Assembly: GCA_963662335.2 (NCBI GenBank)
Contig: CAXXVD010000005.1
Span: forward strand, 192,001 to 256,000
From: Chloroflexota bacterium
GTDB taxonomy: Bacteria; Chloroflexota; UBA11872; VXOZ01
DNA: 64,000 nt
Direction of reading: 5' to 3'
The position numbers were made by a program, and so were the translations under genes. Numbering within the stretch: position 1 is the first letter of the stretch; each line of letters begins with the position of its first letter. The notes under the pieces were generated by a model. The model made no database searches. It was given only the letters and a program-made list of their open reading frames with translations, and was not told the DNA's origin. Shown here one piece after another: positions 55,375-64,000 of the stretch.

Positions 55375-57378
55375 GTGCTGACCGTACAGATGGGCCAGGC
55401 TGCGTTGGTTGGCGATCGGCGCCTGGCGAACAGCCCATGGGCGCATACGTTCCAGGATGCCTCGTCGGACGTAGACCGGGGCGCTCTCTACCTAAACATT
55501 GAGGGTGTCGATGAAGAAACGGCGCACGCCGTAACACAGGAAATCGCGCGCGTCTACTTCGAGAGCGTGTCCGTAAGCACGGAAACCGCGCTGCTGCGCA
55601 GTGTAAAGCACGCGTACCGCCACCTCTACGAGGCGGGTGTGGACATCCCGCTTGCCGAAGTCGGGTTGACTGCCGTCCTTATGCTGGATGACCGCGCTTC
55701 CATCGCGCAGGCGCTCCCCACGCAATTCTACCTGATACAAGACGAACAGATCACCGCTTTGCCCGATACCCAGGAGCGCCTGAGCGGGCCCGGCTCCGCG
55801 AGTCAGCCGCCGCCCCCAGACAGCCGCTATCCACAGTGGGAACCGCCGGTTGAGATGTTTCGCGCCACCCCCGACGCCCAGGACGTCGCCGCCCTCTGCA
55901 CGGACAACATCGGCGCGGCGCTGAGCGACGGCGAGGTGCGAGACATCGTTGGCCGTGGCGGCATCCAGTCCGCGGCCGAGAACCTGGTCGATACCGCGCG
56001 GCAGCGCGGCGAGCAGTTTGCCTCGGTTCTCCTGCTGCGCTTCGTCGCAGTCGAAGAGAAGACTGAACCGGCCGCGGAAGCCCCCGCCGAGCAGACACCG
56101 GACCGGGCCGGACCGCAAAAGAGCGGCAATCCGGTCGTTACGGTCTTGGGACTCTTGCTTGCCCTCGTAATGTTGGCGTGGTCGGTCGTGGCGTCGCCCT
56201 TTCGCCCTCGCTCCCGGGCCGCGGCATCATCCGGTAGGACGTCAACCGTGGCAACGGAGTCGACGATCGCGGGACGCGCCCCGTCGGGCCGGGCCCGCGG
56301 CCAGAGATTCAGCCGGCTTGCCGCCGGCGCGATCGTAATTCTGCTGCTCATTGCCCTTGTCATTGCCGCAAACGCGCTCTTTGGCGACCGGGACACGTCG
56401 AGCAGCGCAAGCGAAGTTGCGGCAACTACACCCCTGCCCCAGGTTACGGCCTCGCCGGCTCAGCCTACGGCCGTCGCCTCGCCCGCGCCGGCGGAGCCGA
56501 CACCGGCAGCCACGCCGGCGCCGCCCGCCACTCCCGAACCGGGCAGCGTGCTCCTCACGGCGTCGCAAGACCTCGTGCGCTTCGAGCCGGACGTGCAGCA
56601 GCCCGGGGAAATCTACGGCTTGGCTAACACTGTCTACGTCCTCGACCGCGCCAGCGGCGCCGTCTATCGCATCGGCTCGGACGGCAGCAACGACTTCGCC
56701 TATCAGCCCACGGGCGACGCCGGCAGCGCCGCCCGGCACATTACCGGCAGAGACGACGTAATCCAAATCCTCGATAGCGCCAACCGGCTGTTCCACGTCA
56801 CAAACGAAGAAGAATCGCCGCAGCCTGTGCAGTTGCCCACTGATTCCGTGGGGCAAACGCAGTCAACGGCGACCTACGACGAGAACTTCTACGTCCTCGA
56901 TACGGTTGGCAATGACGTGCTGCGTTTCCGGCCGGTTGGCAGCGGCGTCTACGCCGAGCCTGAAGGCTACTTTGGCGTCAACAGCGGGGTGGACTTGGCG
57001 CAAGCCACCGACCTTGCGATCGATGGTTCCGTCTTCATTCTGTTCAGCGACGGCGCCGTCAACCGCTACGTTTCGGGGGCGCGCTCTGAGTTTTCTCTGG
57101 CGAGCCTCCCCTCGCCTCTGGGCACGCCCGGCGCAATCTTCATCAGCCAGGGCATGGGATCGCTCTACATTCTCGACGGGGACAATGACCGCATCCTGCA
57201 AGTGACAACCGAGGGCGTCTTCCAGCGGCAGTTCCTCGCGCCCAACCGCATAATCGCCAACGCGGTAGATCTGTATGTCAACGCGGAAGAAACGTCACTC
57301 TGGCTCGTCAGCCCCACCGGCGTCACGCGCTTCCCGCTGCCGTCTCTGCCGGAGGACGCGCCCCGATCCTCTGCGTGA
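55375..57378 (+). CDS. Membrane protein: degenerate PP2C-like N-terminus, TM segments, Pro/Ala linker, NHL-like beta-propeller
   Basis: LYLNIEG...ALCTDNIG...AAENLV PP2C-like order, two hydrophobic segments, and YVLD/LYILD/AIDGSVFIL blades. Confidence 0.65.
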   Translation: MLTVQMGQAALVGDRRLANSPWAHTFQDASSDVDRGALYLNIEGVDEETAHAVTQEIARVYFESVSVSTETALLRSVKHAYRHLYEAGVDIPLAEVGLTAVLMLDDRASIAQALPTQFYLIQDEQITALPDTQERLSGPGSASQPPPPDSRYPQWEPPVEMFRATPDAQDVAALCTDNIGAALSDGEVRDIVGRGGIQSAAENLVDTARQRGEQFASVLLLRFVAVEEKTEPAAEAPAEQTPDRAGPQKSGNPVVTVLGLLLALVMLAWSVVASPFRPRSRAAASSGRTSTVATESTIAGRAPSGRARGQRFSRLAAGAIVILLLIALVIAANALFGDRDTSSSASEVAATTPLPQVTASPAQPTAVASPAPAEPTPAATPAPPATPEPGSVLLTASQDLVRFEPDVQQPGEIYGLANTVYVLDRASGAVYRIGSDGSNDFAYQPTGDAGSAARHITGRDDVIQILDSANRLFHVTNEEESPQPVQLPTDSVGQTQSTATYDENFYVLDTVGNDVLRFRPVGSGVYAEPEGYFGVNSGVDLAQATDLAIDGSVFILFSDGAVNRYVSGARSEFSLASLPSPLGTPGAIFISQGMGSLYILDGDNDRILQVTTEGVFQRQFLAPNRIIANAVDLYVNAEETSLWLVSPTGVTRFPLPSLPEDAPRSSA

Positions 57379-57529
57379 AAGATGGAGCCGGGCCGTACTG
57401 GTGCCGCCTCTATGCGGCTTCTCGCCGCAGCCGTTTCGCTGACTGGCAGCTTCACGTTGAGGGTGCGCCCGCATCTTCCGCGCTCTTCCATCCGGTTTGC
57501 CGCCAATGCGCCCAAGGAGCCTCCAGACC

Positions 57530-58807
57530 ATGTTCTACGATGAAGCCCGCATATTCGTCAAAGGCGGCAAGGGCGGAAACGGCATGGCCCACTTCCACCG
57601 CGAGAAGTTTCGTCCCCGCGGCGGGCCGGACGGCGGTGACGGCGGGCGCGGCGGCAGCGTCTACCTGGCAGTCGACCCCAGCCTCAACAGTCTCCTCTTC
57701 CTGCACCGCACACACCGCTTCGTCGCCGAGCCGGGCAAGCCCGGCGGCACGAACCGCAAGCAGGGCGCCGCCGGCCGCGACGTCCAGGCCTGGGCGCCGC
57801 CCGGCACAATCGTGACCGACGCGGCCTCCGGCGAGGTCATCGCGGACTTGCGCGGCCCCGGCGACCGGGTGCTGGCGGCGCGGGGCGGCCGGGGCGGGCT
57901 GGGCAACGTGCACTTTGCCACCTCGACCCGCCAGGCGCCCCACTTTGCCCAAAAGGGTGAGCCCCCTGAGGAACGCTGGCTCGACCTGGAACTGCAACTC
58001 ATTGCCGACGTGGGCATCGTCGGCATGCCCAACGCCGGCAAGTCGTCGCTCCTGGCGCGCATTAGCGCCGCGCGGCCCAGAGTCGCCGCCTATCCTTTCA
58101 CCACGCTGCAACCGGAGCTTGGCGTGGCGCAGCGCGGCGCCGCGACGCTCGTGTTTGCCGACATCCCCGGCCTCATTGCCGGGGCGCATAGCGGCGCCGG
58201 CCTCGGACACACCTTTCTGCGCCACATCCAGCGCACGCGCCTCCTGCTGCACCTCGTCGATTGCGCCTCGCCGGAGGGCCACGATCCCGTCGCGGTCTTT
58301 CGCCAGGTAAACGACGAACTCCGCCAATTCGACCCGACCCTGCTGGACCGGCCGCAGATCGTGGCGCTCAATAAGCTGGACGTTACCGAGGCGCGGGCGC
58401 GGTTCGCAGCCGCCAAACCGGCAATCGAGGCCGCGGGCTATGCCGTGGCCGGCATCTCGGCCGTTACCGGCCAGGGCCTCGACGAACTCATGGGCACGGT
58501 CTTTCGCGCCCACCAAGACGCGCCGCTCCCCCAAGCGGAACCGGTTGCCGTTGCCGTCCCCGCGGTCGCCGTCCCCGTCCACGAGGACTTTGCCGTCGCG
58601 CGCCGCGCTGACGCCTACGTCGTCACGGGCAAAGCGGTGGAACGCCTGGCCGCGATGGCCGACCTCTCCACGCTCGACGGCGTGCTCTACTTCCAGCGCC
58701 GCCTCGATCGATTGGGCGTCACCGCCGCGCTGGAAAACGCCGGCGCGCGGCCCGGCAGCACCGTCATCATCGGCCCCTTGGAGCTTGAGTGGCAGGCCGA
58801 ACGCTAG
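57530..58807 (+). CDS. obgE: GTPase ObgE/CgtA
   Basis: FYDEARIFVKGGKGGNG, GGPDGGDGG, GMPNAGKS, YPFTT, DIPG, NKLD and a C-terminal OCT domain. Confidence 0.97.
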   Translation: MFYDEARIFVKGGKGGNGMAHFHREKFRPRGGPDGGDGGRGGSVYLAVDPSLNSLLFLHRTHRFVAEPGKPGGTNRKQGAAGRDVQAWAPPGTIVTDAASGEVIADLRGPGDRVLAARGGRGGLGNVHFATSTRQAPHFAQKGEPPEERWLDLELQLIADVGIVGMPNAGKSSLLARISAARPRVAAYPFTTLQPELGVAQRGAATLVFADIPGLIAGAHSGAGLGHTFLRHIQRTRLLLHLVDCASPEGHDPVAVFRQVNDELRQFDPTLLDRPQIVALNKLDVTEARARFAAAKPAIEAAGYAVAGISAVTGQGLDELMGTVFRAHQDAPLPQAEPVAVAVPAVAVPVHEDFAVARRADAYVVTGKAVERLAAMADLSTLDGVLYFQRRLDRLGVTAALENAGARPGSTVIIGPLELEWQAER

Positions 58808-58943
58808 CCGCCACCCCCGCCAAAGCCGGCCGCCGCGCGTTCTTGAAGAACAGCCTCACTTTTCTTACAATAGTTAACGGCAATTACGACACGTCGGTAC
58901 AAAGTCCGCCGCCAATGCCGGTTGCAACAAGGAAGGAACCACA

Positions 58944-59333
58944 ATGGCAGTAAACGACCTGGACAGCAAGAAAGTAGTCATCCTGGAAGACGACCCCGAG
59001 CTCATCGACGCCATCGAGCGCCGGTTGCGGGACCACGGTTACCACTCGATTCTCGTCCGCCGCACGCGGGACATCATCAAATTCCTCAAGGCCGAGAAAC
59101 CCAAGACCATGATCATGGACGTGGCCCTGCCCGACGCCGACGGCATCGCCCTGCTCCAGGAGATCAAGGGCGATTGGGAAGCCAAGAAGACCCACGTCAT
59201 CGTGATGTCCAATTACTCCACGCGGGTCAACTACAAGGTGCGGGACGAGGTGGAGGAGATCTTCCAGAAGCCCTTCGACGTGGAGACCCTGCTGGAGTCC
59301 GTGGACCGCGTCGCCGCCATGGACGACAAGTAA
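58944..59333 (+). CDS. Single-domain response regulator
   Basis: ILEDD, IMDVALPDADG, MS and KPF receiver motifs. Confidence 0.88.
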   Translation: MAVNDLDSKKVVILEDDPELIDAIERRLRDHGYHSILVRRTRDIIKFLKAEKPKTMIMDVALPDADGIALLQEIKGDWEAKKTHVIVMSNYSTRVNYKVRDEVEEIFQKPFDVETLLESVDRVAAMDDK

Positions 59334-59354
59334 CCGCCGCCGCAAGCCTCTTGT

Positions 59355-59378
59355 CCCCTCTCCCGCTGGGAGGGGGGA
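59355..59378. repeat. CCCCTCTCCC..GGGAGGGGG palindrome (REP family E or terminator-like)
   Basis: Lies between convergent genes; a related G-rich half lies inside the 13065 MITE. Confidence 0.45.
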
Positions 59379-59395
59379 GCGAAGTCCGCAGCGCC

Positions 59396-60403
59396 TCAGC
59401 CGGGTAGCAGCCGCTGCATCTCTCCGCCGCAGCGCCCGTGGGCGCGCAGCAGCGCGGCCACCTGTTCCCGCTCCGGCGCGCCGTCGATCGGGCCCGTCAC
59501 CGTCACGGACAACGCGCCGGCCGCGTTTGCCCAGCGCGCCGCCGTTTCCAGCGAGACTCCCTGCTGCAATGCCCACAGGAACGCGGCATCGAAGGTGTCG
59601 CCGGCCCCGGTGGCGTCAACCTCATCGACCGGAAACGACGGCGCCGCCGCCGCGCCTGCGTCGCTGTAGACCGTGCAGCCGTCCGCGCCCCGCTTGAGCA
59701 CGACGGCTTCATTGTAGGGAGCCTTGCGCAGCACGGCGCACGCCGCGGCCGGGGTGGAAGCGCCGGTTACCAACTGCGCCTCTTCGCCGCTGGGAAAGAC
59801 AATGCTGGCAATGTCCAGAATCGGGCCGACCAGGGCGCGTATCTGCGCCGGGCTTGCCAGTTCCGCGCGGATGTTCGGGTCCAGGCTCACGCGCCCGCCG
59901 GACTCCCGCACCAGGCGCGCCACCAGGATGCAGTATTTCCACCAGGCGTCGTTCATGGCCAAGCACGAGCCATTGACGTGCGCCCACGCCACCTGCCGCA
60001 GGAAAGCCGGCGTTGGCAACGGCGGCGGCCGGCCGGCGGCTCCGTTGCGCATGTGGAAGAAGAACGACCGGGTCCCGTCGGGGTGATTGACGACGAACGA
60101 CGCGGAAGTCGGCAACTCGCCGGTGCGCGCGACGCCGCTCTGTTCCACGCCCTCGCGCTCGAGAAAAGCGCATATCGCATCCCCAAACGCGTCGTCGCCA
60201 ACCGTGCCCAGAAAAGCGCTCCGGCCGCCCAGGCGCGCGACCGCCGTGGCAAAGATGAGCGGCGCGCCGCTGGCAAAGGGGCCGCGATAGGTTCCCGCTG
60301 CCGTCAAGGGCGCGTGCGAACCGACCTGCGCGAACTCCGCCAGCGCCTCGCCCATGCTCAGTATCACGTTCCGCGCCACAACGCGCTTCTCCCTGTCTTC
60401 CAC
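59396..60403 (-). CDS. PfkB-family sugar kinase
   Basis: SMGEAL, SGAPLIFA..VARLG, VGDDAFG, DPNIR, KRGADG and VDATGAGDTF. Start uncertain (60403 or 60379). Confidence 0.9.
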   Translation of the reverse strand: MEDREKRVVARNVILSMGEALAEFAQVGSHAPLTAAGTYRGPFASGAPLIFATAVARLGGRSAFLGTVGDDAFGDAICAFLEREGVEQSGVARTGELPTSASFVVNHPDGTRSFFFHMRNGAAGRPPPLPTPAFLRQVAWAHVNGSCLAMNDAWWKYCILVARLVRESGGRVSLDPNIRAELASPAQIRALVGPILDIASIVFPSGEEAQLVTGASTPAAACAVLRKAPYNEAVVLKRGADGCTVYSDAGAAAAPSFPVDEVDATGAGDTFDAAFLWALQQGVSLETAARWANAAGALSVTVTGPIDGAPEREQVAALLRAHGRCGGEMQRLLPG

Positions 60404-60583
60404 TCAAAACCACTAACGCACAGTATACTGGCAAGCGGCAGTATCGAGCGCCGTTGCGGAAAGACAACCAAGCGTTCGCGCCCCAAATCTCCCACGCGCT
60501 TGCGCACAGAACCTAGCAACTCTACAATACCGCACATACGCGGCCCGTTGAATTCACCGATAGACCACACACAGGAGCGAGCG

Positions 60584-61651
60584 ATGCCGTCTGCGGAATC
60601 GTCTACCACGTACCGGGTTGGCATTGTCGGCTGCGGCGCGCGGTCCACCGCCCATGCCGCGGGCTGGGCGGCCAACGACGGCGCGGCCATCGCGGCGGTT
60701 GCCGACCCCATCCCGGAACGGCGCGACGCCTTGGGCGAGCAATACGGCGTCTCTCAGGCGCAGCGCTACCCGGACTTCGCCGACATGCTGGCGCGGGCCG
60801 ACCTGGACTTCATCTCCATCGCCACCAAGCCCGAAGTGCGCGAACCGGCGGTCAAGGCGGCGGTGGCGGCCGGCATCAAGGGCATCCTGTGCGAGAAGCC
60901 CATGGCCCTCAGCCTGGGCGAAGCCCGCCGCATCCACAGCGCCTGCGCTACAAACCGCATCCCGTTGGTCATCAATCACCAGAAGCGCCACCTCACCGAG
61001 TGGCAACGGCTGGCGGCCATCTGCGCGCGTGGCGAACTCGGCGCGATCGAGCGTATCGAGGCCTCGTCCTACGGCAACCTCGCCAGCCAGGGCACCCACG
61101 TGCTGGACATGGTCTTGCAGTTCGGCGGCGACATGCAGCCGCTCTGGGCGATCGGGCAGAGCGTCGGCTGGCGCGACTACGTGGGCGCCCACGCCGGCCC
61201 GCGCTACACGCTCGGCCAGTTCCGCTTCCCCAACGACATCACGGCGTACGTGCAAATGGGAGACGAAGCGCCCCAGTTGCTCGGACGGGAAGATTCGTGG
61301 ATGCGCCTGCAACTGCGGGTCTGGGGCTCTGAAGGGCGCGGCCAAGTTGACCTGCCCATCGGCACGCGCGTCTGGCGCAAGGGCGAATCCGAGCCGACGA
61401 GTTGGCCGGAATGTTGGACGGACACGGCTAATCTGGCCGCCTCCCAGATGAAACTCTCCCAATCGGTCATTCGCGCCCACGAAGACCCCAGCTACGACCC
61501 GCCGGCCGGCGGCATCCGGCCGCTCTACAGCTTCGAGATGATCGAGGCGCTCTGCGCGTCCACGCAGACCCGGGAAATCGTCACCTGGCCGCTGCCCGCC
61601 TGGGAGCACTCGCCCATGCAGGCGCTGAAACCGGCGGACGCCCATGTTTGA
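60584..61651 (+). CDS. Gfo/Idh/MocA family oxidoreductase
   Basis: AGGAG SD, VGIVGCG, CEKPM, NHQKR, GTHVLD. Confidence 0.88.
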   Translation: MPSAESSTTYRVGIVGCGARSTAHAAGWAANDGAAIAAVADPIPERRDALGEQYGVSQAQRYPDFADMLARADLDFISIATKPEVREPAVKAAVAAGIKGILCEKPMALSLGEARRIHSACATNRIPLVINHQKRHLTEWQRLAAICARGELGAIERIEASSYGNLASQGTHVLDMVLQFGGDMQPLWAIGQSVGWRDYVGAHAGPRYTLGQFRFPNDITAYVQMGDEAPQLLGREDSWMRLQLRVWGSEGRGQVDLPIGTRVWRKGESEPTSWPECWTDTANLAASQMKLSQSVIRAHEDPSYDPPAGGIRPLYSFEMIEALCASTQTREIVTWPLPAWEHSPMQALKPADAHV

Positions 61652-62441
61652 CTACTTCGCCGCCAGCGTGGCCTTTGCCGAACGCCCGTTCGCGGAAGCC
61701 TGCGCCGCGCTGCGCGAGGCGGGCTGCAAAGAGGTTGACATCTGGTCCGTGGCGAATTGGTGCGCGCACCTGCCGCCGGGCGAGCCGAACCCGGATCTGG
61801 AAAGCGTCAAGCGCACGCTAACCGAACATCAACTCACCTGCCGCGCCATCTCAGCCTACGGCAAGGATTCCGAGGAGATGCTGCTAGCGCGGCTGGAACA
61901 CCTGGCCGCGCTGGGCGGCAGAGCGTTGGTGCGTGCCAGCGGACCGGAAGAGATGACGGTGGCGGCGTTCGCGGACTGGATCGCGCCCTTCGTGCGGCGC
62001 GCCGAGGAATTGGGCGTGCAGATCGCCATTGAGAACCATCGCAACATGGTCATCAACACCATCGCCTCCCTGCGGGAACTCGTGGCGCGCGTCGAGAGCC
62101 CCGCGTTGGGCATCGCGTTCGCGCCCATCCACGTCCACATGGCCGGAGAAGACATCGCTGAAGCCATCCACGCGGTTAGCGGCCGCATCGCGCTCTTCTA
62201 TGCGTGGGATTGGGGGCCAACGGCCGACAAGAACTGGAAAGACCCGCAGGAGCAGGTGCCCGGCAGCGGCGTGCTCGACTTCCACGCCATGTTCCGCGCG
62301 CTGAACGAGATTGGCTACGCCGAGCCGCTCTGCCTCTTCGCCCACGGCCTGGAGCATGAGCGCAGCGCGGACGCGATCGTGGCGCTGCGCGCCGGGCGGG
62401 CGCACTGCCAGCGGGTGGAGCGGGAACTTGGCCGCGGCTAA
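61644..62441 (+). CDS. Sugar phosphate isomerase/epimerase family TIM barrel
   Basis: IAIENH and PGSGVLDF; 8-nt overlap with the upstream gene. Confidence 0.8.
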   Translation: MFDYFAASVAFAERPFAEACAALREAGCKEVDIWSVANWCAHLPPGEPNPDLESVKRTLTEHQLTCRAISAYGKDSEEMLLARLEHLAALGGRALVRASGPEEMTVAAFADWIAPFVRRAEELGVQIAIENHRNMVINTIASLRELVARVESPALGIAFAPIHVHMAGEDIAEAIHAVSGRIALFYAWDWGPTADKNWKDPQEQVPGSGVLDFHAMFRALNEIGYAEPLCLFAHGLEHERSADAIVALRAGRAHCQRVERELGRG

Positions 62442-62490
62442 CGGCGCGGCGATCCCGCCGGCCGCGGACGCTGGCGGCGAAAGCGCGGAC

Positions 62491-63600
62491 GTGTCCGCTC
62501 CCGTCGCGCCCCGGCTCGTGCCCACGGCAACCGCAAGTCCACGCTTCCACGACCTGGACGCCCTGCGCGCCTTTGCGATGCTCATGGGCATCGTCCTGCA
62601 CGCCGGCCTTTTCTTCATTCCCGGCGTCTGGGCGGAAGCCGACGCCGCGGAAAACTATCCGGCAGAGGCCACCACCTTCTACGCCCTTCTCTTCTTTGCG
62701 CTCCACGGCTTTCGCATGCACGTCTTCTTCCTGCTGAGCGGCTTCTTCACCGCCATGCTCTGGCGGAAGCGCGGGTTGCGCGGCCTGATCGTCCAGCGGC
62801 TGCAACGCATCGCCCTGCCGCTCGCCATCGGCGCGTTCACGGTCATTCCCGTAACTACGTGGGCGTTCATGTGGGCATTCGACGCGGAGGGATTCCGGCT
62901 GTCCTGGTGGCCGTTCATTTGGCTGAGCACGTGGAGCCACCTGTGGTTCCTGTGGTTCCTGCTGTGGCTAGCCGCCGCCTTCTGCGCCGCCGCCAAGCTG
63001 GGCGTCACGTTCACCCGGCCGTACGTCTGGTGGCTGGCGCTGCCGCTCACGTGCGCGCTGCAATGGCTGATGGCGGAACCGGTCTTCGGCCCGGACACGT
63101 CCGACGGGCTGATTCCCAATCCGGTGGTGCTCGGCTACTATGCGCTCTTCTTCGCCTTCGGAGCGTTCCTCTACCAGCGCAACGCCACCGCGAGCCGCTG
63201 GTGGACGCTTCTGTTGCTGCCCGCGCTGGCCGTCTTCATAGGCGGGCTGGCGCTCATGGAGGGCGGCGACGCGGCGTGGGCCAAACCGGCCTGGGCCGTT
63301 AGCCAAAACGCCTTCGCCTGGCTAATGTGCTTTGGACTCATGGGGCTGTTCCGCTGGCTCGCGGCGCGGGAACGGCGCTGGGTGCGCTACGTCTCGGATT
63401 CGTCGTATTGGCTCTACCTGTGGCACCTGCCGCTGATCGTGGTCTTGTACCGGCTGACGCTGGCGTGGCGGCTCAACATCCACCTGAACTTCGCGCTGCT
63501 CTGCGCGGCGGCGACCGCCGTCCTGCTGCTCACGTACCAGTTTGGCGTGCGCTACACGCCCATCGGCACGCTGCTCAACGGCAAGCGGGTGCGCGGTTAG
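62491..63600 (+). CDS. Acyltransferase-3 family membrane protein (OpgC/MdoC-like)
   Basis: RFHDLDALRA...GIVLH, HGFRMHVFFLLSGFF, RLQRI, HLWFL and SYWLYLWH. Start uncertain. Confidence 0.88.
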   Translation: MSAPVAPRLVPTATASPRFHDLDALRAFAMLMGIVLHAGLFFIPGVWAEADAAENYPAEATTFYALLFFALHGFRMHVFFLLSGFFTAMLWRKRGLRGLIVQRLQRIALPLAIGAFTVIPVTTWAFMWAFDAEGFRLSWWPFIWLSTWSHLWFLWFLLWLAAAFCAAAKLGVTFTRPYVWWLALPLTCALQWLMAEPVFGPDTSDGLIPNPVVLGYYALFFAFGAFLYQRNATASRWWTLLLLPALAVFIGGLALMEGGDAAWAKPAWAVSQNAFAWLMCFGLMGLFRWLAARERRWVRYVSDSSYWLYLWHLPLIVVLYRLTLAWRLNIHLNFALLCAAATAVLLLTYQFGVRYTPIGTLLNGKRVRG

Positions 63601-64000
63601 CCCAGCGCCAGGTTTATGTCAAGCTCCCCGGCTAGCGCAAGCATTGGCTCCCACACGATGCGCGGCAGGACGTGCGTGCCGCGGGCACGCGCTTCACTCT
63701 CCAGGCGGCCGGCGCGTTCGCCGGGGTAGAAGATCTCCGCCACGCCGGGCTTGCGCGGCGCGGCTTTGATCCTGGCAGCGTACTCCGCCGTGCGCCGCGC
63801 AAAGTCGGGGCGCGACATGAACAAGCTGGGGTCTAGTACCAGCAGGAAGTGCCCAACTTTGCCGCTCTGTCCGCTCTCCGGGCCAAAGTCGGCGCCGGTG
63901 AGCACGCCGGCCAACAACTCGGATACCATCGCCAGGCCGTAGCCCTTGTGCTCGCCAAGGGGTACCAGCGTGCCAGTCAGCGCGGCGTGAGGGTCAACCG
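63597..64000 (-). CDS. Ldh_2 family (malate/L-lactate/ureidoglycolate-type) oxidoreductase, 3' part
   Basis: In-frame from the window edge: VDPHAALTGTLVPLGEHKGYGLAMVSELLAGVLTG...GHFLLVLDP...YPGE. Confidence 0.88.
   Translation of the reverse strand, partial: VDPHAALTGTLVPLGEHKGYGLAMVSELLAGVLTGADFGPESGQSGKVGHFLLVLDPSLFMSRPDFARRTAEYAARIKAAPRKPGVAEIFYPGERAGRLESEARARGTHVLPRIVWEPMLALAGELDINLALG

Noticed and set aside
59438-60583. N-terminal 382 aa of the 737-aa ORF (apparent fusion)
   Set aside because: Antisense to pfkB. The real Gfo/Idh/MocA gene starts at 60584 after an AGGAG SD.

Overview
This high-GC window most likely comes from a Chloroflexota genome, inferred from the YFPETG-repeat SpoIID protein, the GlmL-like operon, the Chloroflexi-style RimI and TPR proteins and a split-ActB alternative complex III. 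It mixes housekeeping genes (gltX, tRNA-Ser(GGA), thrS, thiL-tsaE-tsaB-rimI-tsaD, thiD, dnaN, infC, pdxST, obgE) with an 8-gene alternative complex III (ACIII)-like cluster followed by a rhodanese. It also carries scattered catabolic enzymes (two sulfatases, amidohydrolases, LarA, nitrilase, a DapA-like aldolase, Gfo/Idh/MocA proteins, PfkB) and several uncharacterised envelope proteins. I found no CRISPR array, integrase, transposase or prophage gene. Intergenic DNA holds several REP-like palindrome families and two ~140-bp MITEs with IS5-like ends. The most notable observations are: (1) a probable Thr-Thr leader-peptide attenuator upstream of thrS; (2) a secreted lamin-tail-domain protein whose first two domains are low-GC cassettes that share a nucleotide anchor and are followed by Pro-rich tracts; (3) a GlmL-like ASKHA ATPase and partner with no B12 mutase in the window; (4) REP arrays and MITEs sitting exactly on stop codons; (5) an ACIII variant with rearranged gene order and a structured leader; (6) an ATA-initiated infC followed by an unknown HTH protein instead of rpmI-rplT. 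All calls come from reading motifs by eye, and no database searches were run.
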